From TPA_inf: Saccharomyces (Eukaryota), in the NCBI GenBank assembly GCA_000146045.2, contig BK006944.2, forward strand, positions 128,001 to 192,000: a DNA stretch of 64,000 nt, written 5' to 3'. The translations under genes and the position numbers were made by a program. Of the stretch, positions 12,692 to 22,687 are shown one piece after another (positions within the stretch are counted from its first letter, which is position 1; each line of letters opens with the position of its first letter). The notes under the pieces are model-generated. The model saw only the letters and a program-made list of their open reading frames with translations. It searched no databases and had not been told where the DNA came from.

Positions 12692-13017
12692 TTTTTACAG
12701 ATTTCAGTTGTATGAGTCCTAAGGCTCTTCAATGCTTTGGTCGAAGATGGGTTGTTGAATATATAGTAAAGAACGGTTCTTTTTACCTTTAAGGTTTTTT
12801 TTTCGCGTTTAATGACAGCGATGCAAAAAGAATACACATATTATTTACGTGGCATCAACATATACATATTCAACGATTAACATCCTGTAGTTTAGGACGA
12901 AAAGACACATATGAAATACATATCTATGAAAAGTACTGCACCATAATGATTCAACAAAATAAAATGAGTAACATTAACATCACGCTAGTACTGCTAGATT
13001 AAAAATAATAATGAAAA

Positions 13018-13089
13018 CTCCGATACGGGGAGTCGAACCCCGGTCTCCACGGTGAAAGCGTGATGTGATAGCCGTTACACTATATCGGA
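13018..13089 (-). tRNA. tE(UUC): tRNA-Glu (anticodon UUC), 72 nt
   Basis: The reverse complement reads TCCGATATAGTGTAACGGCTATCACATCACGCTTTCACCGTGGAGACCGGGGTTCGACTCCCCGTATCGGAG. It has A box TAGTGTAACGG and B box GGTTCGACTCC, with the CTTTCAC anticodon loop carrying UUC. Confidence 0.92.
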
Positions 13090-13164
13090 TTACAAAGGAT
13101 AGAAAATTGAAACGTAATGGAATTACTCATGTAAATATTAAAGAACTCTTTTCATTTACATGGA

Positions 13165-13330
13165 TAATTGGTGAATGTTGTGGGGAATGTTGGATTTCAT
13201 TGCTGTTAAAGGCTATAATATTATGTGTACAGAATACACCGTGTGTGATAATATACTAGTAACACGTATACTACTAAATGGATGATAATATGCATGTCAA
13301 TTTTCTTAAATTTTGACTGAGATAGTGACG
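13165..13330 (-). mobile_element. Diverged, internally deleted Ty1/Ty2 delta LTR remnant upstream of tRNA-Glu
   Basis: Minus-strand similarity to the delta 3' terminus: ggtgaatgttg ... ggaatgttgg ... ttaaaggctataatattatgtgtacagaata aligns with delta ...AAAGGCTATAATATTAGGTATACAGAATA. The adjacent segment acaccgtgtgtgataatatactagtaa aligns with the delta 5' region ACACCGTATATGATAATATACTAGTAA. Small ORFs here and in the solo delta at 34.8 kb share the peptide LKAIILCVQN / [10 protein letters not shown]. Confidence 0.5.
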
Positions 13331-13793
13331 AATATATGGCATTATAAGATGACAACAATTTGTTTCCTTCTCAAATGAGAAAGGGCTCCACGGTACACAA
13401 AGTAATGTCTGAGAAATATTCTGTCCCAGGAATAGTTGAAGTTGCATCCGATTTCAATCCCGTGAAGTCTTGGTACTATCAAATTCGTTGGTTTTTTTTC
13501 TGGGAAAACTCTATCAAAGTATAAGGTGCGCTTTTAACGTAATTTATAATGATTTTTTAGAAATAATAATGTATATAGTATAAAAAAATAAACAAACTTT
13601 AAAAAAAAGAGTGAAGAACTGTAAAGCTCATTTCATAGGTTTCAAAAGAAAGCTTTATGAAATGAAGAGACGAATTAAGAAGAAAAAAATGAACCGACCC
13701 AAATTATGCCCTTTGGAGACAGAAATGACTAATGTACAGAATATGCTACGATGACTTTATGTTTTCATGCGACTATGAGAGGTAAACTTATGA

Positions 13794-14819
13794 TTAACAG
13801 TTGAGCAAATCGATAGCTTGTAGGTGGACTGCATTACATTGAGTTCCAATGTGCTCATCGTATAAGTTGTAGAAGTTTCCTGACAAACATTGGTAAAAAG
13901 TATCCTGGTCACCGATGGCCAAGTTACCTTCTGGGGTGATGGACCAACCAGCAGCATAGATAGCACCAGCTTGTGGTGGAGGACCATCGAATTGGAATTG
14001 TCTGTTGGCAACGATAGAACCAATTCTACCTTTACCGTCAGTCAGGATACCACCCTTTAAGTTCATTTCTAAAGTGCCACTGCTTTTACATGTTTCAGCA
14101 GTTACTGGGTCAGTGCCATTAGTAATTGGAGCTGGAGCTGGAGATGGTATAATGGTTGCAGAAGTTAAAGTTGTGGCTTGGATTTGGCCATCAGTGATTT
14201 GGGAGACTGGAGCAACAGTAGTATTGGTGGTGGCTTGGATTTGACCGTCACCAATTTGAGAAACAGCAGCAGCAGTGGTTTTAGTAGTGGCTTGGATTTG
14301 ACCGTCACCAATTTGAGAGACAGCTGCAGCAGTTGTTTTGGTAGTGGCTTGGATTTGACCGTCACCAATTTGAGAGACAGCAGCAGCTTTGGTTTTAGTA
14401 GTGGCTTGAATTTGACCGTCACCAATTTGGGAGACGGCTGCAGCGGTAGTCTTAGCTGAGGTAGTCTTGGTGGTGGCTTGGATTTGGCCGTCACCAATTT
14501 GAGAGACAGCAGCAGCTTTGGTTTTAGTAGTGGCTTGGATTTGACCGTCACCAATTTGAGAAACAGCAGCAGCAGTGGTTTTGGTAGTGGCTTGGATTTG
14601 ACCGTCACCAATTTGAGAGATAGCAGCGGCTCTCTTAGCCTTGGAGGAAGCAGTAGTGGCAATTGGTTCAACAGCAATACCGAAAGTAGAAGAGTAATCA
14701 GTTATACCACCCTTGTAAGTAGCTGATGGAGTTAAAGTGGACCACGGGTCCTTTGGAGCATAGGCAGCTAAAGATGTAGCAACTAAGGCGGAGGCAACTA
14801 ATGATTTTTTGTATTGCAT
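13794..14819 (-). CDS. PIR1: Cell-wall protein Pir1 (protein with internal repeats), 341 aa
   Basis: A signal peptide [21 protein letters not shown] is followed by a Kex2 site KAKR, eight [12 protein letters not shown] repeats and the conserved 4-Cys C-terminal domain (C-x66-C-x16-C-x12-C). Confidence 0.93.
   Translation of the reverse strand: MQYKKSLVASALVATSLAAYAPKDPWSTLTPSATYKGGITDYSSTFGIAVEPIATTASSKAKRAAAISQIGDGQIQATTKTTAAAVSQIGDGQIQATTKTKAAAVSQIGDGQIQATTKTTSAKTTAAAVSQIGDGQIQATTKTKAAAVSQIGDGQIQATTKTTAAAVSQIGDGQIQATTKTTAAAVSQIGDGQIQATTNTTVAPVSQITDGQIQATTLTSATIIPSPAPAPITNGTDPVTAETCKSSGTLEMNLKGGILTDGKGRIGSIVANRQFQFDGPPPQAGAIYAAGWSITPEGNLAIGDQDTFYQCLSGNFYNLYDEHIGTQCNAVHLQAIDLLNC
14160..14630 (-). 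repeat. Tandem 57-bp (19-aa) coding repeats of PIR1, 8 units ([19 protein letters not shown])
   Basis: Near-identical nucleotide units read gtggcttggatttgaccgtcaccaatttgagagacagcagcagc. They generate the spurious long ORFs seen in other frames of the track. Confidence 0.9.
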
Positions 14820-16400
14820 TTTCTAGAATATACTATTAGGGGAGTTTTGTAGTTTGTTTTTTTTTAATACCAGTGTATTAACTTTTGTTTTCTTGATGAT
14901 ATTATTCTTATACAGTAATAGAGAAGATAGGACAACTATGCATAAAGTAGTAAAGATCTTGCTCCTTTTTATATGTGAGAATTGTAGCATTACGATCTTC
15001 TTATTGAAAGAATAATTAGTATACCAGCGTTCTAATATTTGGGCAGGAGAGATTGACTGGACACAGTCTAAACCCTTTCAGATACATGGGCTAAATGATG
15101 GTCCATCGTATTATTAAAGCAAGTAATCGAGCTCCAAGAAGGATTTACGTCCGCCATCTCAATTTCTTTTATTAGCGTTGCTTCTATAATTGGCAGGACA
15201 TAAAAAGGCTGCTAATAATAAATGATGATATAATTAAGAGCAAGCTGGCCGATCTCTCCATTTTTATGCGCTCCAAGCCACGTCATTTTCCGATGACAGG
15301 AATGCTTTGCATATTTCATATGAGATATACATTGACTCCTTTTCGACCAACCGTTTCATTAAAGGGGCAGCAGCTGTCAAAAAAGTAGCCGAAAAAGGCG
15401 TCTGGCTTCGAGGAATTATTACCTAAATAGGAAAGGCAGAATATATTAGAAAAAAAAGAAAAACCAAATGAGAAAAGTGCTGGTGCTAAATAAAACATTA
15501 TTGAGGGGCCAAGAGGGGACAAAAGAAGATATAACTAGATCATTAAGTTTTCGCTCTAGTAACAGGAACAAAGATTGTGAGATACACTGTTATGCTAAGA
15601 GACGGTGCGATATTCTGTACGAAAATTATTTAACTATTAACTAAATGTATACCACTTCACGTGCCACCGAGTAGGTTTCTAAAATGTGCAACCATTTTAG
15701 GTATGTGCGCAGCTCTTTATTCTAAACGGGAGTCACTACATTACTATTATCGTGTTTTTGCCCATGTACTTTCTTATAATCTTAAGACAACAACGGGATG
15801 ATAGGCGCATTCGGACTTTCATTGATGCAAATGTGTGAAAAATGCATCCAAAAGACAACTTTTGTACAGAATACAATTGCAAAAATACTTTACGGGCATA
15901 GATCGGTAAGGTCACCGGGAAGCTAGCGTAAGAGACCTTATTCGGAACCGAGCAACCATTTCCGAATGTAGTAGTAGTTGAAGGAGTAAATCGACCTTAT
16001 TGTACACTACTTCCTTTAAATTTGATTTCTGGCCCCGCGCAATTTCTTGGCGGTTAAGCTGTATTTTTACCTCATCGGGAAAAGTTATTGCAAGTTAAAG
16101 GGGATCAAACGATTAGCAAACTAATTATAGATCAAAGGCCGAGGGCTTTCTAAATTTGGCATATTTCGCCGTCGACTGAAATAGAAGGGATAAATCATGC
16201 ATCTCCAGGATTATCCCTACTCCATTCATTACAACATGCGCCAAATCAAGCCTATATAAGATTCTCGTCATTTAGCATGCTCTATTGATTTGTGTCTTGT
16301 TTTGTCTAACACTGAAACTGTAACCTAAGATTTCTTTAGATAATTATTACATTTACATCAATAAGAAATCTCATAAAACAAGTACTGTTTATAAGTAAAA

Positions 16401-17378
16401 ATGCAATATAAAAAGCCATTAGTCGTCTCCGCTTTAGCTGCTACATCTTTAGCTGCCTATGCTCCAAAGGACCCGTGGTCCACTTTAACTCCATCAGCTA
16501 CTTACAAGGGTGGTATAACAGATTACTCTTCGAGTTTCGGTATTGCTATTGAAGCCGTGGCTACCAGTGCTTCCTCCGTCGCCTCATCTAAAGCAAAGAG
16601 AGCCGCCTCTCAGATAGGTGATGGTCAAGTACAGGCTGCCACTACTACTGCTGCTGTTTCTAAGAAATCCACCGCTGCTGCTGTTTCTCAAATAACTGAC
16701 GGTCAAGTTCAAGCTGCTAAGTCTACTGCCGCTGCTGTTTCCCAAATAACTGACGGTCAAGTTCAAGCTGCTAAGTCTACTGCCGCTGCCGTTTCTCAAA
16801 TAACTGACGGTCAAGTTCAAGCTGCTAAGTCTACTGCCGCTGCCGTTTCTCAAATAACTGATGGTCAAGTTCAAGCTGCCAAGTCTACTGCTGCCGCTGC
16901 CTCTCAGATTTCTGACGGCCAAGTTCAGGCCACTACCTCTACTAAGGCTGCTGCATCCCAAATTACAGATGGGCAGATACAAGCATCTAAAACTACCAGT
17001 GGCGCTAGTCAAGTAAGTGATGGCCAAGTCCAGGCTACTGCTGAAGTGAAAGACGCTAACGATCCAGTCGATGTTGTTTCCTGTAATAACAATAGTACCT
17101 TGTCAATGAGTTTAAGCAAGGGTATCTTAACCGATAGGAAGGGTAGAATTGGCTCTATCGTTGCCAACAGACAGTTCCAATTCGATGGTCCTCCACCACA
17201 AGCTGGTGCTATCTATGCTGCTGGTTGGTCCATCACCCCAGAAGGTAACTTAGCTCTTGGTGACCAGGATACTTTTTACCAATGTTTGTCTGGTGACTTC
17301 TATAACTTGTATGATAAGCACATTGGTTCTCAGTGCCATGAAGTTTATTTGCAAGCTATAGATTTAATTGACTGTTGA
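16401..17378 (+). CDS. PIR3: Cell-wall protein Pir3, 325 aa
   Basis: It is a paralog of PIR1 with the same signal peptide, a KAKR site, eight SQI[TGS]DGQ[VI]QA repeats and the same C-terminal Cys domain. It is arranged divergently (head to head) with PIR1. Confidence 0.93.
   Translation: MQYKKPLVVSALAATSLAAYAPKDPWSTLTPSATYKGGITDYSSSFGIAIEAVATSASSVASSKAKRAASQIGDGQVQAATTTAAVSKKSTAAAVSQITDGQVQAAKSTAAAVSQITDGQVQAAKSTAAAVSQITDGQVQAAKSTAAAVSQITDGQVQAAKSTAAAASQISDGQVQATTSTKAAASQITDGQIQASKTTSGASQVSDGQVQATAEVKDANDPVDVVSCNNNSTLSMSLSKGILTDRKGRIGSIVANRQFQFDGPPPQAGAIYAAGWSITPEGNLALGDQDTFYQCLSGDFYNLYDKHIGSQCHEVYLQAIDLIDC
16602..17042 (+). repeat. Tandem 54-57-bp coding repeats of PIR3, 8 units, of which 4 central units are nearly nucleotide-identical
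   Basis: tctactgccgctgc[ct]gtttc[tc]caaataactga[ct]ggtcaagttcaagctgc[tc]aag is repeated consecutively about 16730-16900. Confidence 0.9.
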
Positions 17379-18004
17379 ACGATGCATCGATCAATCGGAG
17401 TCGTCCTCCTTTAACTTCACGAATTAGTTGCCACTCTCATTCCCCACACATAAACTTGTTTTATGGCATCCTTTTCATTTAGCATGTCTTTATTTCCAAA
17501 CCTTTCCTCGTTCTTTGCATTCATTTAGCGTTTGCTCGAGAAAGCATCACGTTTTCACACATTATCGTTCGTCGCTATAATAAAAATAGTTATAGAATTT
17601 ACTCAGATTTACATGTCGTACCTTTTTAATTGTAAAAAAAAAAATTTTATGATACATAATTACCTAAATATAATTCAGAATCAAACATACTTATAGCTAT
17701 TTGTATGCTATTAGGTGGTCCTGCTATAAAAATATCGTTTATAATACTTTATATTTTATCTTTCAACTTAGTCGCAATTGCAGAAGCTTTCCCTGAGAAA
17801 AAATTTGTGAAGCTAGCTGCGATAGCAAAGGAGCGCTTAAGGTATAGAAAAGCACTCAGCTGGAATGCCAAAAGATAGTTTAGCAACTGACCAAGGAAAA
17901 AGCTTGTAGGTAGACTTAACTTCATTGTTCTCTAATCCTTTCGTCGTGTATATTGTAAAAACTGCTGAACGAGTATTGATAAAAGATATCTTGGCCACTA
18001 AGGG

Positions 18005-18640
18005 GCAGATCCCCTTCTGGTGTGATAGACAACCCCAGGAGCATAGATAACACCAACTTGTGGTGGAGGGTCATCGAATTGGAATTGTCTGTTGGCAACA
18101 GTAGAACAGATGCTGCCCTTGCTATCTGTCAAAATGCCGCTCTTCAAAGTTACTTTCAAAGCGCTGTCACTGCTACGACAGCTTTTTTTTTAGAAACAGC
18201 AGCAATGCCTTGACATGTAACGTAAGAAAAGAAAAAAGAGATGGCAGAAGAAATACTAAGCGATAACGGCAATGTAGAGGTGCTTTTTTTATCGGAATAA
18301 ATAGAGAAGTCAGTAACAGTGATTGCTGTGGCTCCCTCTTTAATCGTATCTATGTAGGTTCCGATTAAAGTGGTCGTGATTCAGTATTTTTTTTACTAAT
18401 CAAAGTACATGCACTGTTTTTTGTGGGGATAGCAATGATTTCAATTTGGCCGTCAACGATCTAAGAAAAAACGTCTCTCTTAACCGTGGTAGATCCTGTT
18501 GTAATTGTTTGGACAGTGATACCGAAGAAGGAAGTAAATTCAGTAGCGCCGCATGAGGTAGTAGCAGAAGGAGTTAAGGTTGACCATGGCTCACTTGGCA
18601 TATACTGTTGGGCAGAAACAGTATAGTGAAACTGTTATCA
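18005..18640 (-). pseudogene. Decayed PIR-family gene relic (N-terminal block, one degenerate repeat and C-terminal Cys domain); no intact ORF
   Basis: The minus-strand translation of about 18010-18175 gives ...[42 protein letters not shown]..., which matches Pir1 [50 protein letters not shown] +1 indel near 18035 and in-frame stops disrupt it. The segment about 18440-18460, ttggccgtcaacgatct, is one repeat-unit remnant. About 18490-18600 encodes [28 protein letters not shown], matching Pir1 [28 protein letters not shown]. No signal peptide or start codon is preserved. Confidence 0.7.
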
Positions 18641-19629
18641 AACCAATATATTTGGGCTACATGGCTTTCCTTTCCCGAAAAAGACACCATTTAGTAATTA
18701 TGTTGTACTTTTACTCTCTGAACTTCTGTGAATATAAAAAATATACTAAATAAAAGGATGCAACTTCCTTAAAGAGGGCAAGATAGCGACATAAAGTGGA
18801 AAAGTGTTAGCAACATTGCGCAGGCATCGATTAATATATGCATATATACTTTTTACGTAGTCTACGTTAAATTGTCAATAGATCAAGCAGAATCGGTAGC
18901 TCTGTTAAGCGATTAAGCCCAGTGGCTTTTTGTCGCACCGTTTAGGTTCGCGTTAGCAAGATGGAAAAAAAAGAACGCGAATCATGTATTGACGTATGAC
19001 GTATTAGGCAATTTACAAGATTAAACTTAAATTTGCGACGGAGTTTTGAAGTAGAACGAACACCTTACTCATCCGCAACAGGAAATTTTCACGCAGAACG
19101 TGCCTAAGAAAAAAAAATCATATGCGTTTACAGGCACAAATGAAGAAAATGACCGGATATGGATATAAGCTTATGGAAGAAATTGCTCCTATTGAGTTAA
19201 GAATATGCGAGCGAGACCTGCATAAGGCTAATTATAACTCTTCAACCCAAATTTGTCTTTCTCTTCACACCCATCTCTTATAGTCCCATATATTCATATG
19301 AAAGTTCAATGCTTAGACTCAGTGTGTACTTATGATGTCGTTGAAGGCTATTTGGTCTACTGAAAATCCTACCTCGTACGAATACCCTTATAGTATTATT
19401 TAAATATGGGGTTACTATTCGCATTCGTTAGAGTGGTGGGAAATTGATATCTTGTTTGGGAGTTGCGAAACAAAAGAGGAGAAGATATGCGCGCTATGTT
19501 TTTCTTAAAAGAATGCCTACTGCCTATGAAATGAATATACTAAACGTAAAAGTGTAGATAATAGAAACAAAGATTAAGGTCGCTTACTGTAAAAAACGTC
19601 TTCATTTTAATTCAACGAAATAAAAGAAA

Positions 19630-20838
19630 TCACGTGGAGTGTAGCACCGCCAAAGAGCTATTTTTTATGTCTTCTAGTTGAGGCCTATTTCCATTCTGCG
19701 ACGAAAGTGTGCTTCTCTCACTTGGGCTAATCCATTTTTCAACAAAATCAGCAACGTCTTCGACTTCGCAGCTACTAGAAGAACTGTTAATACCATTATA
19801 AATGTTCTGTAACTGTAAGAAGTCCGTCATGAAGCATATTCTTCCACTCCGTTTGTCTGAAAATATTGAATCCGAATATGGCTGTACTATCTGGCTAGAT
19901 CCCGTCGGCCGTGGGCTTATTAAACTCTTTAATAACGATATTATTGTTGGGCTCGATCTTTGCGGGGTGTCTACAATGAAAAGTCTATGTTCTGGAATAT
20001 TATTCTTGATTGTCATCAATATCTCAATTAATTTAGTGGGGATATAAAGTTCTTTACCAGGACTTACATGGGATCGATCATTGAACATTTGTTCTAATGC
20101 AAGTTCACATGAGTAGTCAATGGCGCTATCAAAGCTCTTGGATTTTTGTCCATTCTTATTGATATCCACAAAGCACTGTTGCCACCCTTTGTCATCTGAA
20201 GAGTACCTTACTAAATCGTGGGTTGTGTATTTTATAACATCATTAAGCATCAAAATTTGGATTGGATCCTCTATGTGAAATTTTTTCTGTAAAAAATATG
20301 GGGAAACCGGATAATCTTGTACCAAACTGACTGATCCAGGTATTCCGTCTAAGAGCTTCGAAGGTATTTTGTCACACTTGTATAGAGGTACCATGAAATA
20401 TTTTATTTTCTGGAACATGTTATCAGATAAAGTAGACTTGAGATATGACATTAAATTTTTGCAAATCTGAATTGCTTGGGGTAAATCCGTGTAAATATTC
20501 ACAATGTTAAGATCGTAATAAGGATAGTCATTTAATTTGTAATTAACCAGTAGCCATTTGGCAAGGCATTTGCTAAATTGTGGCTCACAGTCAAGAATGT
20601 TATCAAATGAAAAGGGTTCTTCTTTTGCGGTTGTAGTTACAGGCTTCCTTTGCGTAAAAAAATTTTCTCTTTTCATTATGTTTGGGAAATTTTGCCACTC
20701 TATGTAATCTTTCAAAGAAATTCTCGCAGTTTGGCCTCTTCTTATCCCATTTGTAGAGAGTAATTGCTCGAAAGTAAACAGTGGGTAATCAGATTTCAGA
20801 TGAACTTGAATTCTCAAGGGGTGTAATCTTTTCATCAT
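19630..20838 (-). CDS. YKL162C: Uncharacterised protein, 402 aa (systematic YKL162C by position and length)
   Basis: Clean 402-aa minus-strand ORF beginning MMKRLHPLRIQVHLKSDYPLFTF. I recognise no catalytic motif in it. Its position between PIR3 and KDX1 matches YKL162C. Confidence 0.75.
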   Translation of the reverse strand: MMKRLHPLRIQVHLKSDYPLFTFEQLLSTNGIRRGQTARISLKDYIEWQNFPNIMKRENFFTQRKPVTTTAKEEPFSFDNILDCEPQFSKCLAKWLLVNYKLNDYPYYDLNIVNIYTDLPQAIQICKNLMSYLKSTLSDNMFQKIKYFMVPLYKCDKIPSKLLDGIPGSVSLVQDYPVSPYFLQKKFHIEDPIQILMLNDVIKYTTHDLVRYSSDDKGWQQCFVDINKNGQKSKSFDSAIDYSCELALEQMFNDRSHVSPGKELYIPTKLIEILMTIKNNIPEHRLFIVDTPQRSSPTIISLLKSLISPRPTGSSQIVQPYSDSIFSDKRSGRICFMTDFLQLQNIYNGINSSSSSCEVEDVADFVEKWISPSERSTLSSQNGNRPQLEDIKNSSLAVLHST

Positions 20839-21385
20839 TCAATCCCGCCAAAAGCACCTTTAAATGATATCAACTTTTTTGTGAAAATATTAGTAAGCTA
20901 TTTAAAACGGGAAAGAAAACTTGAGAGAGGACTGACGAGGGAATCATGTTTATATTCGGATCATCGCGAATCTACGCAATGGTGTATCCTACTTTCTCAC
21001 ATTTTGGTTTTTCCCGCTTTCGGAAGGAACTGCAAAACCGCCGAGAGGACTTTCTCTTTTTGCAATATTTGAAGTATATACCAATAATTAAGAAGGTGAA
21101 CAGGCATTTTACATATTCATTATAGATAGTGTATGTGCGCATCTATTAGTTGTGGTTTTCTGCTACAAAAATTTATCGTCTAAATAATTCAAGTTCTTTT
21201 TCTAGGTCGAAGAAAAAATCGCTGTCATCCTCATTTGTATTTTGGTTTGTACCATCATTGACATTTATATCGTGACCTGGGGGAGACGATGAAACTGGGC
21301 TCATTTTTGTTATATTTGGCTCAGTAGGTCCGTTCAGTAGTTCACTATTTTCATGCTTAGTATCTTGTTTGAAGGTGTTTTCCTT

Positions 21386-22687
21386 TTAGTTAACACCCTG
21401 AAATGAATTAGAGCTTATTCCCATAAGGTTTTGATATGGCTGGGTTGTAGTTAGTGATGGAAGTTGGCTTACATAGGAAAATTCAGGACTATAACTGGGT
21501 AAAACTTTCCTAGAAGGATGGACCTGTACAACTTCTTGAGGAATGGCATCCTCTAAAGATAGTGATGATGATGGGGAATCACCGCTAATAGGATGTTTTC
21601 TAACAACTTTCCTGAAATCAAATACTTCCTTTATAACTTCGTTTCCTAATTCCGCCATACTTTCGATATGCTCGAATTCGAATCTAAAGGTCTTTTGACA
21701 TGAGAATTCCTCATCTATATCATGCCACATTGACAAATATGGATGCTCTAGTGCATCCTCTACAGTAATCCTTTTTTTAGGATCAAATTCTAGCATTTTC
21801 TTTAGCAATTCAAGCGCTTCTGGATTAGCACCAGGTAGTATGCTTTCAAACGATCTTCCCGGGATATTACCGAACTGAAAGATATAATTATACACCTTTT
21901 GAGAGGCAATTTCCTGCAATGTTTCCTCAGGTGGTGTTCCAAGTATTTGTAGAATATGATTCAAATGATCTACATAATCCTTCCCTTCAAACATTGGTTT
22001 CCTACCAAGTAGTTCGGCCAAGATACAGCCTGTTGACCAAATATCGACAGCTTTTGTGCATTCTTGATAATTCAGCAAAATTTCTGGTGCTTTATACCAT
22101 ATCGAGGTTATATAACCCTTAATGAAGCCGTCGTTAACCTTGTGGTTTTCTGAATAACTACACGATAGCCCAAAATTACAAATTTTTAGTTGGCAATCAC
22201 TATTAACAAGTAAGTTTTTTGGTTTCAGGTCACAATGTAAAACATTAGCAGAATGTATGTATTTCAGAGCACACAGTATCTGATATATGAAGCTTTGAAA
22301 GTGTGCGTCTTCCAGGCGTTGTTCGGACCTTATAATTTGAGAAAGGTCACATTCCATTAGTTCTTCATATAAATAAACGCCATTTAGTGCCCCATTTGGG
22401 TAAAATACTATATCAGTATCGAAGAGCCACACTATATTTGGGTGCCCTCTTAAATGTCTTAGTAGTTTCAATTCACGAAGAGTTCTCTTGCAAGATAGTT
22501 TATTGCCAAACGCGTTTGGTATTTTTCTGATAGCCACGTGAGTTTCCTCGTTCGATTCTGTGTAAGTTGAAGAACAAATAAGGCTGTGTGAGCCCCGACC
22601 AATCTTACCTGTCAAATGAAAATGTTTATTTAGGATAAAATCTTGGCCGAATGCACGGAAAATACACCTCTCGGTGTCAGTCGCCAT
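21386..22687 (-). CDS. KDX1: Slt2-like MAP-kinase paralog Kdx1/Mlp1 (pseudokinase-like), 433 aa
   Basis: It has a MAPK fold (HCDLKPKNLLV, WYKAPE, DIWSTGCILAEL). However DFG is replaced by NFG (ICNFGLS), the activation-loop TEY is replaced by KGY, and the glycine loop is degenerate (GRGSHS). Confidence 0.9.
   Translation of the reverse strand: MATDTERCIFRAFGQDFILNKHFHLTGKIGRGSHSLICSSTYTESNEETHVAIRKIPNAFGNKLSCKRTLRELKLLRHLRGHPNIVWLFDTDIVFYPNGALNGVYLYEELMECDLSQIIRSEQRLEDAHFQSFIYQILCALKYIHSANVLHCDLKPKNLLVNSDCQLKICNFGLSCSYSENHKVNDGFIKGYITSIWYKAPEILLNYQECTKAVDIWSTGCILAELLGRKPMFEGKDYVDHLNHILQILGTPPEETLQEIASQKVYNYIFQFGNIPGRSFESILPGANPEALELLKKMLEFDPKKRITVEDALEHPYLSMWHDIDEEFSCQKTFRFEFEHIESMAELGNEVIKEVFDFRKVVRKHPISGDSPSSSLSLEDAIPQEVVQVHPSRKVLPSYSPEFSYVSQLPSLTTTQPYQNLMGISSNSFQGVN

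Noticed and set aside
14165-14677. Long ORFs in alternative frames or strands inside the PIR1 and PIR3 repeat arrays (170 aa LVTVKSKPL... at 14165-14677; 14178..14459; 14478..14726; 16584..17027)
   Set aside because: They are a consequence of the perfect tandem nucleotide repeats, which propagate any open frame. The real genes are the signal-peptide-bearing PIR1 and PIR3 frames.
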